A stretch of DNA of 64,000 bases. Source: Octopus vulgaris. Taxonomy: Eukaryota. Below are positions 41,060-54,342 of the stretch, piece after piece (position 1 is the first letter of the stretch; the number at the start of each line of letters is the position of its first letter). A model generated the notes under the pieces. The model ran no database searches. It was not told the DNA's origin and was given only the letters and a program-made list of their open reading frames with translations. The DNA is taken from assembly GCA_951406725.2 (NCBI GenBank), contig OX597823.1, positions 111,786,001 through 111,850,000 on the forward strand, read 5' to 3'. Both the position numbers and the translations under genes were made by a program.

Positions 41060-41280
41060 CCCTTTCGTTACCAACCCAGCTGAAACCGGCTCTGATTCTG
41101 GGTACAAATGTCTTGTTTTCATAAGTTTTGAATTAAAATCTTCCACTAAACCTTAGTCACAATTTATGTTCCTAACTCTAGCTTGATGATAATTTAGTTA
41201 TTTTACTAAATTCTTTGTTATATTTAAAGTAATTGAAAGAAATACAAAGCATCTCAAAATTAAATACAGTAACGAAAGGG
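41060..41280. mobile_element. piggyBac-type MITE (221 bp)
   Basis: Perfect 12-bp TIR CCCTTTCGTTAC / GTAACGAAAGGG with TTAA on both sides. Confidence 0.92.
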
Positions 41281-41680
41281 TTAATTCAGTTAAATTTAAT
41301 TAAATTAGGTGCAATAGTTATGGATAAAAGATTAGTGAAGAAATGAGTAGCTGATATGTTACATAAGAGATGATTCCTGTAGGGGTAGGAGAATCCATAA
41401 GAGAACAGATTAGCCGAGGAAAATTATTTTTGTAGGATTTGGATGCGGAAAGTTTGTTTTATTAAATAAATGTGAACAAAGGATTGAAAATTTGTTTTGC
41501 ACATTGCTTAAATTAGCTTTGCAATTAATAATTTGCTGTGCCTCTGCTGATCACAGATTACAGCTACCATCATTTATCTAACGAACTATCTGCAACAGAT
41601 CACAAAATGGAAAAAAGCCTTATATCCCATCCTTTAAAGTTCAAAATGAACTTAGCCTGCAAAGTGCGGTCTTCTTTACT

Positions 41681-42079
41681 TGGCTGTGTGGTAAGTAGCT
41701 TGCTTACCAGCCTCATGGTTCCAGGTTCAGTCCCACTATGTGGCACCTTGGGCAAGTGTCTTCTACTATAGCCTCGGATCAACCAAAGCCTTGTGAGTGG
41801 ATTTGGTAGACGGAAGCTGAAAGAAGCCCGTTGTATATATGTATATATGTGTGTATGTGTGTGTGTGTATATGTTTGTGTGTCTGTGTTTGTCCCCCCAA
41901 CATTGCTTGAAAACCGATGCTGGTATGTTTACGCCCCCGTAACTTAGTGGTTTGGCAAAAGAGACCAATAGAATAAGTACTAGGCTTACAAAGAATGAGT
42001 CCTGGGGTCAATTTGCTCAACTAAATATGGTGCTCCAGCATGGCCACAGTCAAATGACTGAAACAAGTAAAAGAGAGTA
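41681..42079 (+). mobile_element. SINE family A, slightly 5'-truncated
   Basis: TGGCTGTGTGGTAAG...GAAACAAGTAAAAGAG. Confidence 0.9.
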
Positions 42080-42740
42080 TTGTTAGGTAATTTGGTCATG
42101 AATTTTGACTATTAGCCCTTTTATAATAATGCATGTTCTCAGGTATTTTGACCAAGGACTTATGCATTAAATTATTCCTTAGACACTGGTTTTCTAAAAG
42201 GTATTTATCACAGTTCTTACTGTTGTATATTCTGTTAGGTATATTTCCATTGGAGGCCTTATTTATTTTGCTAGTGTTATTTATTTTATCAGTAATGCTA
42301 TTACTAAGAAGAGGTACTATATTATCGTCAGTCTTTTTATGCTAGAGAGATGTGTACTATTTGTAACAGACTCAGATTGGTCTATATAATCTGAATAAAC
42401 ATATGGCCACCATTTCTAAAAATTTTCAGCTGCTAACTGTTAATAGCCACTATAATATCTATTAAATTGAGGGTAACAGAATATGAAAATTTTACAGTAT
42501 GTCTATTGAATATCTTAATATATATATATATGCTAGAGAAGGAATATTTGCCTAATGTCTGAGAGAAAATTCCTAAGATGCTTGTGGATACCTGAATTCT
42601 GTCAGAGCATTCTACCATGTGATATTTTTATTACCTAATTTAATTCTATTAATCTTGCTATGTATTGATAATTCATATTGGTATAGTTGTTCATCAATAC
42701 TCTTTTATTAACATTCATGTATTTTATGTAGTCAAGTTAA

Positions 42741-42940
42741 CCCTTTTTATAATCATACCTTTGCTTCATTTAATTTTGAAAATAATAAAGAATATAGTAA
42801 AGTAAATGCCATTATTGAGCTGAGTTAAGAAACTTAAATTCATATGAAATTATAATAGGTTTCAAATTATATCATTTTTACGCAGCAAGTTTCTATCATC
42901 GTGACCAAGAGTAGCTTCATGTGTTTTGATAGCAAAACGT
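42741..42940. mobile_element. Old piggyBac-type MITE
   Basis: TTAA-CCCTTTT...GATAGCAAAACGT-TTAA; interior loosely similar to 53194-53419. Confidence 0.5.
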
Positions 42941-43100
42941 TTAAGGCATCAAAATCAGTGTTTCTGCAGCTGCCTTTCAGTGATTATTCGTGGTGAATAA
43001 ATCTGTTTAATACTGTTACCTTTATGATATAATTCCTGCTGAGATATACATTTATCTGAGATTTTACACTGCAGAATATGTAAGAGCTGTTCTATTGGAG

Positions 43101-43266
43101 TGGCACAGGAGTGGCTGTGTGGTAAGTAGCTTGCTAACCAACCACATGGTTTCAGCTTCAGTCCCACTGCATGGCATCTTGGGCAAGTGTCTTCTGCTAT
43201 AGCCTCGGGCTGACCAAAGCCTTGTGAGTGGATTTGGTGGACAGAAACTGAAAGAAGCCTATCGTA

Positions 43267-43319
<53 letters not shown>

Positions 43320-43546
43320 ATGTGTGTGTATATGTTTGTGTGTCTGTGTTTGTCCCTCTAGCATTGCTTGACAACCGATGCTGGTGTGTTTACGTCCCCG
43401 TCACTTAGTGGTTCGGCAAAAGAGACCGATAGAATAAGTACTGGGCTTCCAAAGAATAAGTCCCGGGGTCGATTTGCTCGACTAAAGGCGGTGCTCCAGC
43501 ATGGCCACAGTTAAATGACTGAAACAAGTAAAAGAGTAAAAGAGTA
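43101..43546 (+). mobile_element. SINE family A, full length
   Basis: Head, body and tail all present. Confidence 0.92.
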
Positions 43547-43567
43547 TTGTGTTTGAAGCCTCTCCAC

Positions 43568-43606
<39 letters not shown>

Positions 43607-43719
43607 TCTCACTCTATTTATCTATCTGTCTATCATATTTTCAAGAAACAATGATGAAGCATATGAGGTCTGCACCTCCAAAATTTATCGAATATCATTC
43701 TGTAACTCTCTACAGTTTC

Positions 43720-43870
43720 ATGGCTGTGTGGTAAGTAGTTTGCCTCCTAACCACATGGGTCCTGGGTTCAGTCCTACTGCATGGAGCTTTGAATAAGTGT
43801 CTTCCACTTCAGCCCTGGACCTATTAAAACCTTGTGAGAGGGCTTGGTAGATGGAAACTGAAAGAATACT
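43720..43870 (+). mobile_element. Degenerate SINE A, 5' half
   Basis: TGGCTGTGTGGTAAG...GGTAGATGGAAACTGAAAGAA. Confidence 0.75.
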
Positions 43871-43924
43871 GTTGTTATTGTTGTATATATGTGTATGTGT
43901 GCATGTGTGTATGCCTGAATGTGT

Positions 43925-43966
<42 letters not shown>

Positions 43967-44639
43967 GTATGTATATATATATGCATGACACCTGCATTGG
44001 CCATAATTATGGTTTCACTTGACTTCACAGGTCTTCTCAAGCACAATATATTGCTCACATCATATGTTAGTCTATTTGTGCAATTTTTTTTCAACAAATA
44101 CACTCATGTATAATCCACCATTTTTTTATTGATAAAATTTCTACTTCAATTAGGTTAGTTTTTTGTACGGATTTGAGGCATCTGGAAAGAGTTATTCATT
44201 TAAAAGTACATGGGGAATAGATGGAAAATATTTCCGCTCAAGATTACAGAATGTATATAATATAAAAAATATTTTGAAATTTCGTCAATACAGTAAAGGA
44301 TTTTATTGGGCTTTTTACATGGTGAAACTCAGATTTGTTTACATTTAAGTGTTACATCCAAAAGTTTATGACCTTTTGAAAAGTGTTAATGCTGATCGTT
44401 AATCTTAGATCTTTGAAAAAGCTGTGAAGGTTTTGAGGATTATTACTGATTCGTTCCAGCTTTATACTTCAGAGAATAAGTAGTGGCAATGTTCTCCATA
44501 AATTCATCTTTTAATGTGTTGGAATTTGAAATGTAAGTTATTAAAACATAAATTCCAACATCGACACTGACTCTACAGAGCAATTTGGGCCCATACTCAT
44601 ATCATTTAAATTCTATATCCAAATGGAATTATATTGATT

Positions 44640-44683
<44 letters not shown>

Positions 44684-44741
44684 ACACCTATATGCATATA
44701 AATAAGCATATATATATATATATATATACCTATATATATAA

Positions 44742-44790
<49 letters not shown>

Positions 44791-46154
44791 TATATACAAA
44801 TATATATATACATATATATATACATACATATATACATACATACATATATATATACATATATATATATACATTATATATATGTATATACATATATACATTA
44901 GTACATATATACATATATGTATACGTATATATATATGTGGATGTGCACCATACACACACACACATATATACAATCGTATTCACTTCATGCTTCTCTTCTA
45001 AAATTTTGGATTTATTCATATTTCAATTTTTTTTTACTTCTGTCATAAGTATTTTTATTTTATTGCAGGGGACTCATTTCTCTCCATTTATTTGCTCTCA
45101 TTAAATATTTTTGACACAAGAAAGGAAACCCATTTCATTCAATCAAACCAGGTGATAACAAAAGTAAACTTTTTATTTCCTTATTTAGTTGTCAATATAT
45201 TTTAATCTTGACTGTTTCTCTCACCATCCACTGGCTCTCTCTCTACATAAACATATATTTGTGCGTGTTTGAGTATGTATGTGTGAGTGTGTATGATTGT
45301 GTGTGTATGGGTGTATGTGTACTTTGTATGTTTTTAATACATCCTCTTAAATCTGTCAAGTGTTATTGATGTTTTTAGCGGTTTTTGTCATTTCTTATGT
45401 TCATACAAAAAATAAATAAATAAATGAATAAAACAAAATAAAATCTACACTCTTGAAGGGATGAGTTCCTTGTATCTTGCTGTTGTCATTGTTATTATAA
45501 TATGTGTGTGTGCACGTGCATATGTGTGTGTGTGTATTCATGCATGTGTGTGTGTGTGTTATTTTAATTCATTTCTTTTTTGTTTTGAAATATCCTCTCT
45601 TATCTTTATTTGGTTAGAAATGTATGCTTATTTTTCTTTAAATGATCTATTCATTTGCTTCTTTCTTCCACCATCATCGCTGTTACTATGGAAAGCAAGG
45701 CACTGGCAGAATTGCTAGAATATCAGAGAGATTCGTTTACTGAATTCATTCCAGCTCTCACTATCCTGTGTTCAAATATTTTCTACAAGTTTTGCATAAA
45801 GTTATTTTCCAAATTATTGGATTCAGTTGACAACTTTTTATCTCAACATCAGAACTAACTTCATTCCACCTAACTTCATAATCACTGGTCTCTAAATACA
45901 GTTATACTTTTATTAAATATGTTTTAATTCTACTTGTTCTATTCAAAATGTATATTAGTATTTTTTACAAATTTACATGCTATATATGAAGTGTTCTTCA
46001 TATTTGAGGCCTCAATGAAGCTATACAGTGTTACTCAAATACTCATCTATGAGTCAACTGCACCTAATTGCAGAAACAGCTGTAAGCTAATGAAGTTCAT
46101 TAGATAATTATTTATTGTTTTGTGATCACATTTTCATGATATATATATATAATC

Positions 46155-46390
46155 TTCTTTTCTTTCATTCTTTTACTTGTTTCAGTCATTTGACTGTGGC
46201 CATGCTAGAGTAGCATGTTAAAAGGGTTTTAGACAAAGGAATCAATACCAGGACTTAATCTGTGTAAACCTAATACTAATTCTATTGGTCTCTTTTGCTG
46301 AGCCACTAAGTTATGGGGACATAAACATACCAGTGTCGATTTTCAAAGGAAAGTGAGTGGAGGGCAAACACAGACACACAGACACATAAA
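46155..46390 (-). mobile_element. Degenerate SINE A, 3' half
   Basis: TTTTACTTGTTTCAGTCATTTGACTGTGGCCATGC on the plus strand. Confidence 0.75.
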
Positions 46391-46405
46391 TAAATGCATT
46401 CAAAA

Positions 46406-46444
<39 letters not shown>

Positions 46445-46866
46445 TACATATACATGCATATGCATATACATGCATATACATATACATACATATACATACA
46501 TGTGCGCGCACACACACACATATATATATTTCTGCATGAGTTAGAAGTTAGGAAACCAACCAACTAAGGGATAATATCTAACCAGTATACTACTGGTAGT
46601 GTACCCAATTATTCGTACCCAAGTGCTAGTTGTTGCGTGGCAATATCGCAATTGAGTGTTATATATGGGCAGGGGTAAAAAAGTGTTTTACCCTTAATTT
46701 ATACGGCAAATAAGAAAATGGAGAGGATGCAAAAATGAAATACATGTCTATTTATTCCAAAATATTAGAAAGTATTAGAATACATACACATGTAATAACA
46801 ATGTGTTACACACACATGTATTAATATTAGGGAAAAGAGCAAAAAGATCAGATTGTCAGTAGGTTC

Positions 46867-46996
46867 TAGCTCCTTACAGCTGTTTCTGCCAAGAGGCAAC
46901 AAAATCCTCCATGCCATCTCCATCTCAGTGTTCTGCAGAGATCGGCAGATAAAGTTTGGATGATGAATGTGCCTCTAGGCTTCTTCAGAGGGTCTA
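46867..46996 (-). ncRNA. Type-I hammerhead ribozyme motif with a long helix II, in a Penelope-type remnant (about 46535-47570)
   Basis: CCU-CUGAAGA-A-GCCUAGAGGCA...UGCCUCUUGGC-A-GAAAC-AGCU-GUA-AGG. Palindromic ACAGCUGU helix III; triplet GUA; AATAAA downstream. Confidence 0.68.
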
Positions 46997-47715
46997 AGTG
47001 GTTGGGAGGGTTAATACATATAAGAAACAGTTACCAATAGGTACAGTGTGTTTGTCTTTCTGAAAGGGCAGAAAAAGAATAGGAGCAAACATGGGGATGT
47101 CAGTGAAGCACGAATTATCAAAATTATTTGGGTATAGGAAGGGGAATAAGGTACAGGCTTCCAGTGATGTATTCCAAGATCCATGCTATTTCGTCCAATT
47201 GGGGATAGGTGAAAATTTAGTTGTCCTCAGGAGGAGTTTTTTCAGGAAGGGTGAATTTAGGCAATAGTTCACATTATGTTTACATAGAAATACAGTGGCG
47301 GATTTGAAGGTATGGTCTGTGTTATGGAGGTGGAAGTTTATATGTAAAGTGCCAGCTAGTAGATGCAATGTTGCAGATGGTATGGCATAAGCAGCCTATG
47401 ATGGTGAACCCATCATGGGAAAATTTGGTATATGAGTGTACTAATGAGAGTAAGGAACCTGGTGGGACCAAAGTGCAGTGTTAGTGTTTGTTATTTTTTG
47501 CCGATCAACAAATCTCGGAATCCCTGCGTGTAGTGGGGTGGGGGTCAGTCCTACAACCTAATTGGTCTGCTATTTTTTTTAAAAAACCATGGCATGGTAA
47601 TGGTTCTTTGATGGTTAATTGATAAAACGAAACAAATCACATAAATAAATAAATAAATAAATAAACCATGGCCATTATGGGCAAGTAAATGAGCAAAATA
47701 AAATTAAAAACAAGT

Positions 47716-48577
47716 AATGTGATGTCATATATGTTGGTGTAATGCTTTGCTGCTCCTTTATCAATGTCCTCATAAAGTCCACTTTTGTCAGGTGGACCAT
47801 CATTCCATACATGAAAGAATTTCGCGTTATTGACACAAAGCAATTCTGTTTGATCTATTCTCAAAATCTATTTTGAATTTACAGTTGGATTGGGTTAGAA
47901 CTGATGGAGTCCCATTTTCTCAACCATTCATAAGTGAGTAAGTGCAATAACTAAAACAATATGACTAAAGGAAGAGGATCCTAAAGGACAGCATAAGAAA
48001 AATAAAAGAGTATAAATGATTAAAGATATAAGCATATAAAACATATATCTATCAATGAAAATACTGGTTAGTTACCAACCCATGGAAAGTTCCACTATAA
48101 GGTAACTCTATATATCTGCAAGAAACTGTCAAATCCTCATTGTCTGGCTAGACAATAGAAGGCATTAATCCCCTCAATCCTTTGCAAGCCCATAACTCCT
48201 AATAGTCATAGGTGTCTGAGCCATGTCTAGGTTATGATTCCTGTATACCCATTTGCATCCAACTTTTGTAGCACCATTTTGATTTGGAACCTGAATAAAT
48301 CCATCATCTGTATCAATCACATAGATGCTTTTGATATTGTGGGTTGACTCTTGATCGAAGTTTTTGTGATGTCATATATGTTGGTGTAAGCCTTTGCTGC
48401 TCCTTTATCAATGTCTTCATAAAGCCCACTTTTGTCTGGTGGACCATCATTCCATACATGGAAGAATTTCGCGTTATTGACACAAAGCAATTTTGTTTGA
48501 TCTATTCTCAAAATCTATTTTGAATTTACAATTGGATTGGGTTAGAACTGATGGATTCCCATTTTCTCATCCATTCA
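47716..48577. repeat. Local duplication of about 215 bp (47716-47928 and 48365-48577) of coding-like sequence
   Basis: Near-identical copies. The minus frame reads IDQT(E/K)LLCVNNAKFFHVWNDGPPDKSGLYEDIDKGAAK(H/A)YTNIYDIT, with upstream stops in both copies. Confidence 0.85.
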
Positions 48578-48702
48578 GTGAATTCCAGAAGAATCCTTTA
48601 ATGATATGGAAAGATGCTGTGTCATTATACTCTCTACCTCACATATTGCAAAATTATTTTGACTGTTTTAAATCAGTTTCCTTCTCAATATTAGGATTTC
48701 AC

Positions 48703-48832
48703 TCTGTTGAGATTGACTTTGCCTTTCATCCTTTCAGGGTTGATAAGTTAAGGACCAGTTGCATACTGGGGTCGATTTAATCAACTGGCTTCCTCCCCAG
48801 AAATTTAGGGCCTTGTGCCTAGAGTAGAGAAG
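48703..48832 (+). mobile_element. SINE family B, 5'-truncated
   Basis: GACTTTGCCTTTCATCCTTTCAGGG core; TSD AATATTAGGATTTCAC on both sides. Confidence 0.85.
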
Positions 48833-48971
48833 AATATTAGGATTTCACAAAAATATTCTAAAATATTTTATTGCATTTTCCAGATTCAAAATATTTTTTT
48901 CAGGAGAGTTATCTATGAATTAGCAGACACAGAGACACTTTTCTAAAACAATAAGAGAGAGAGAGAGAGAG

Positions 48972-49017
<46 letters not shown>

Positions 49018-49845
49018 CATGTGTGTGTGTGCATGTGTGTAAGCATTCAGGGACCTAGACTTAATCTAGTGGATACTTTGTGGGTACATTGGCAGCTACT
49101 CTGGCATAAGTACCACACTTCAGGCTATTTCATACAAACTTCAGGCTATGTCTTCAACCTGACTTAATATTTGTTTCTATTATGATGTTGTACCAACAAA
49201 TTATATCATAATATTACAGGAGCAGAATTATTACAAAGAAAATTGATTGTTTTGTAAGTGCACAGTGCTCACCTATTACACTCAAAAATTTACACCTCTG
49301 CTGGAGGCATTAATTGCTATGTGTTATAATATTGTTCTAAGTATACTTACAATAATTTCCTATAATATATATGTGATAAGTAAGATTATTTAATTATGTA
49401 TATACTTGTAGTTTATATTGTCACTGGTGAACTTGAAGAGTGGCAAAGCATTGGATAGAATTTCTCATGAGATTTGCTTCACTCAAAAGTTCAGCTTTTG
49501 GTGAGGTCAGCTTTGCCTTTGTCTTTTAGTGTTTGCTAAAGAGAAAGTACGATCCAGAGTGATGAATGACTGGAACTGTTAGAGTATCAGGAAAAATATC
49601 ATTTTCCATTCTGACAGGGACAACACAGGTGGCAAGCTGTATCAATATCTAAAGTGCATTACATTCATGTGGACAACCTTTGTGGCAATGGAAAGAGGAG
49701 GCTTGCTTGCAGTTTCCCACCAAAGAAAATCTTGCTCAGCTCTTTGCACATTTATATTGATAAACAGCAATTCCTTGGTGATGAGTAGTCCCTTATTTCA
49801 TAGTGTACAGTGTTTTGTTGAGATGTTGATGATAATAATTATTAT

Positions 49846-50009
49846 AGGTGTAGGAGTGGCTGTGTGATAAGTAGCTTGCTTACGAACCACATGGTTCTGG
49901 GTTCAGTCCCACTGCATGGCACTTTGGGCAAGTGTCTTCTGCTATAGCCTCAAGCCAACAAGAGCCTTGGGAGTGGATTTGGTAGACGGAAACTGAGAGA
50001 AGCCTGTCG

Positions 50010-50046
<37 letters not shown>

Positions 50047-50058
50047 GTATGTATATGC

Positions 50059-50098
<40 letters not shown>

Positions 50099-50308
50099 TT
50101 GTGTGTCTGTGTTTGTCCCCATACATCGCTTGACAACTGATGGTGGTGTGTTTATGTCCCTGTAACTTAGCGGTTCAGCAAAAGAGACCGATAGAATAAG
50201 TACCATGCTTACAAAGAATAAGTCCTATAGTCAATTTGCTCAACTAAAGGCGGTGCTCCAGCATGGCCACAGTCAAATGACTGAAACAAGTAAAAGAGTA
50301 AAAGAGTA
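49846..50308 (+). mobile_element. SINE family A, full length
   Basis: Head, body and tail all present. Confidence 0.92.
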
Positions 50309-50729
50309 TGTAGCTAGTTGTTTATTGTTAGTGAAATACGAAAAGATGAAATAATAGTCCTCTGTATGTATGCCATATTATTATAGTTTAATACTAGTTT
50401 ATACCTGATCAAACTGATTTAGTGTGCAAGGAAGTTCAGCTGTGAGTATCTCATCCTTTTAGAGTTATCTCTGCAAACTACATCATGTTTTTAATACGAT
50501 AGGGTGTAATTTGAGAAAGATGAGGTTGTTGTTTCTTGTAGATTAAGCAGCTGCATAGAGGCATCTCCATTGTGTTGTTTGACAAGTTATGAGGTTATCA
50601 GTTAAGAATTTGGTAACGGGTCATGTTAGACAGACAGGGTAGGCAAGGCCTTTCTTTCGCACACTAGAGTATTCATCAAAGTTTTAGTTAGAAATATACA
50701 AGCACAAAGAGATATTGAAAGAAAGTCAA

Positions 50730-51212
50730 CTGTGTGGCACCCTGGGCAAGTGTCTTCTACTATAGCCTCGGGCCAACCAAAGCCTTGTGAGTGGATTTGG
50801 TAGACGGAACTGAAAGAGAAGCCTGTCGTATATATGTATATATGTATATAAAAACCAGCTTAGAGAAGAAGAAGAAACGAAACGAAACCCAACGAATCGA
50901 ATCGAATCGATGTGAAGGCGCTCAGTCATACAATAGTGTAATAAATAAAATATATGCATACATACAAACATATATGTACGTACCTATGCGTGTGTTTGTT
51001 TGTGTGTCTGTGTTTGTCCCCCTAGCATTGCTTGACAACCGATGCTGGTGTGTTTATGTCCCCGTTACTTAGCGGTTCGGCAAAAGAGACCGATAGAATA
51101 AGTACTGGGCTTACAAAAAGAATAAGTCCTGGGGTCGAGTTGCTTGATTAAAGGCTGTGCTCCAGCATGGCCGCAGTCAAATGACTGAAACAAGTAAAAG
51201 AGTAAAAGAGTA
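50730..51212 (+). mobile_element. SINE family A, 5'-truncated, with a foreign insert of about 100 bp
   Basis: Starts at TGTGTGGCACCCTGGGCAAG; insert at about 50851-50950. Confidence 0.88.
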
Positions 51213-52044
51213 AGCTGTATTTTGAACTTGAAATATTGTTATGGAAAAACTAAGCTTCCTAGAAACATACCACCCCAGTCTTTGGCTATTAGGTAATAAT
51301 TTTTACACGAAGACAATATCCTCTCAATCAATAAATGATGTGGTAATTATGTACCAAGTTATATTTCGCTGATGAGAACTAACATGACTGAAACATGTGT
51401 GTAAAGTTGTATTTAAACTTGTCAAAGATCAGATTACTTCATTCCTACAAGATTTTATTTAAATTATATATAATTTAAATTTCAGGGTTCCTTCTTTTAC
51501 CGTCATTTACAAAAACTGTCATTATCATAGATGGCTTTTCTTCTCATTAAGAATTCAAATTTAATTAAATGAATTGTTTTGGTTAATCAAATTAAGTATG
51601 CACTTAAGTTTGCACTTAAGAATATATGGTGTTATATCTGAAAAATCGATTAACTTTATTTAAAACTTTTCCTCCTCCATTTCTTTCTCTTTCACCCTCC
51701 CCACTTTCTTCCTCTCCCATTTTACAGAAAACCCTTATTTCCCCCTTATTTCCTTCTGTCTGTCCTGCTCCCCTTTATTTTATTTATATTTTATTTTACA
51801 AGGAATCATAGTTTTTTTATATTTTTTTATTCTTGCATGGCTTAATTTTTTCTCATTTTATTTATCAGAAACAATACATAAATAGATAAGACATGTTATC
51901 TTTCTTGGAGATTAAGAAGAAAGAAAAAAAAGGAATAAACAATTTACTTTGGTTAAACTAAATCCCTGGATATGCATACATGTTTTTGTCTGTGTTTATG
52001 TATTTATCTGTGTGTGCATTTATATATATACATGTATCTATGTG

Positions 52045-52109
<65 letters not shown>

Positions 52110-52281
52110 CATCATCATATATATATATATATATATATATATGGCAAAACAAAGACAGAAGATAGAATATATGAGAATTTAAATATATATATATATATGA
52201 GAGAGATAGAGAGAGAGAGAGACAGAGACAGACAGACAGATAGATAAATCTACTGATAGACAAACAGACAGACAGACTGAC

Positions 52282-52324
<43 letters not shown>

Positions 52325-52417
52325 CAGAGATAAAGAGAGAGAGAGAGAGGATGAGAGAGAGACAGAGACAGAGACAGACAGACAGATAAATAAATTTACT
52401 GATAGACAGAGACTGAC

Positions 52418-52480
<63 letters not shown>

Positions 52481-53193
52481 AATAGATAGATAGATAAATT
52501 GATAGATTCATGCTTACATATGCACTCACACACATACAAAAATATACACATACACACAGGCACAACTACTCAAAGATGAATTAGGCAAACAGATATATTT
52601 TCCCCTTTACTATTTTCAATAATATAAATAAAATTTGAGAAGCTTTATAGATTCTTTCTTACAATTACTTTTTTGCTTTTGGCAAAAAAGACGAGAGAAA
52701 GAATACGGAAAATAAAAATGCAAATATAAATAAAAATAATAAAATAATCATAATGAAAACAAACAAGTAACAGAAACTTATGCTGCAGAAATGTAACATA
52801 GATACAAGTACAGAGGGCTGGATATAAATTTGATATAAATGTAATATAAGAAGGTGGAAGAAGAGAGGAGGAAGGTGAAGGTGGGAAAGAAGAAAAAGCA
52901 GAACCATTTTATTGATTAAAAGTTTACTGTAAAATATTATGTGTGCTAGGAATAATATTCGGTGAAAAAAATTCTTGTACAGAGTCTGTATTTGTGCAAC
53001 TATTGTAGAAGTTCTGGTTGACTAAGTTTATAAATTTTTATATTAACATCTACACAATTAGTAATAAATATTCTGTTGCTAGCAATGGATTGAGGTATAA
53101 GTGCGTAGTGAAGGAGTTTGCTTTACCATCCTCTAAGTTAAAGTGCAATCCCGCGGCTTTGCTATTTCAACTAAGATGTGAGAAATCCCTTAA

Positions 53194-53419
53194 CCCTTTT
53201 GTTACTGTATTTATTTTGAGATGCTCTGTGTTTCTTTCAATTACTTTAAATATAACAAAGAATTTACTAAAATTACTTGGTTATCATTCAGTTAGTGTTA
53301 GGAACAAAAATTGTGACTTAAGTTCCGTGAAAGATTTTAATTCAAAACTTATGAAAACAAGACATTTGTACTCAGAACCAGAGGCAGAGCCAGTTTCAGC
53401 CGGGTTGGCAAGGAAAGGG
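53194..53419. mobile_element. piggyBac-type MITE, same family as 41060-41280, opposite orientation
   Basis: TTAA-CCCTTTTGTTAC...GCAAGGAAAGGG; the interior is the reverse complement of 41060-41280. Confidence 0.88.
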
Positions 53420-53423
53420 TTTG

Positions 53424-53874
53424 CCCTCTAACATTGAGATTACTGTCAAATATAATGATTGTATACTTACTTTGTTTTGAATTAATCATGCATTATTTCG
53501 TAGCTTCATGATAGCTGTGACCGATGCTGGTGTAATTTAATAAGCACTCATGCTGGTGGCATATAAAAAACACTGTTTAAATGTTGGGCCACAGAGAGGT
53601 GATAAGTGACTGGAGCTTTGGTGATAAGCTGTGCTTGAGAAGACTCGTCCAGCCAAGTGCAATCATAGCTGTGGTTGATGCCAGTGTCACGTAACTGGTG
53701 TTCATGCTGGTGGCACATAAAAAGTATCCAGTACACAATGTAAAGGTTGACATTAGGAAAGGCATCCAGCCATGAAAACCATGCTAAATCAGATTGGAAC
53801 CTGGTGCAGCTCTCCAGCTTACCAAATTTCACTCAAACCGTCCAACCCATGCCAGCATGGAAAATGGACGTTAA

Positions 53875-53924
<50 letters not shown>

Positions 53925-53925
53925 A

Positions 53926-53972
<47 letters not shown>

Positions 53973-54138
53973 AATGTTGATGATGATGATGATGATGACT
54001 ATGATGATGATGATGAGGATGACTGTTAATTTTTAGAATAACATTGTAAGGTAGATGTAAGAGACTGAATCTAGTGCTTTTGAACATAAAACGGGTAGAA
54101 TAGTTTGGCCAGATATTATCAGTTTATATACTAAAGGG
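53424..54138. mobile_element. Second piggyBac-type MITE family, split by an RTE 3' UTR insertion
   Basis: Ends CCCTCTAACAT (53424) and ATACTAAAGGG-TTAA (54138). Confidence 0.55.
53522..54022 (+). mobile_element. RTE LINE 3' UTR copy with a (GAT)n tail expanded to about 145 bp
   Basis: GCTGGTGGCA sub-repeats; CATGGAAAATGGACGTTAAAT(GAT)n. Confidence 0.85.
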
Positions 54139-54153
54139 TTAAAGTGTATGTGT

Positions 54154-54342
54154 GGAGGTGCGTGGCTTAGTGGTTAGGGTGCCAGCATCATGATCGTAAG
54201 ATTGTGGTTTTGATTCTTAGACCGGGCAATGCGTTGTGTTCTTGAGCAAAACACTTCATTTCACATTGCTCCAGTCCACTCAGCTGGCAAAAATGAGTAA
54301 TGCTGCAATGAACTAGCATTGAAACCATGTAACTGGGCCCAT
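54154..54342 (+). mobile_element. tRNA-derived SINE family E
   Basis: GGAGGTGCGTGGCTTAGTGGTTAGGG (A box)...GGTTTTGATTC (B box); the body differs from family D. Confidence 0.65.

Noticed and set aside
48235-48300. VGCKWVY resembling the Copia reverse transcriptase motif
   Set aside because: Flanking Copia motifs (the upstream AMxxE-type motif and the downstream KARLV) are absent, and there are no LTRs.
51364-51407. CTGATGA...GAAACATGTGTG hammerhead-like motif
   Set aside because: Core words are present, but helices I and II do not pair convincingly and position 17 is G. At most a dead relic.
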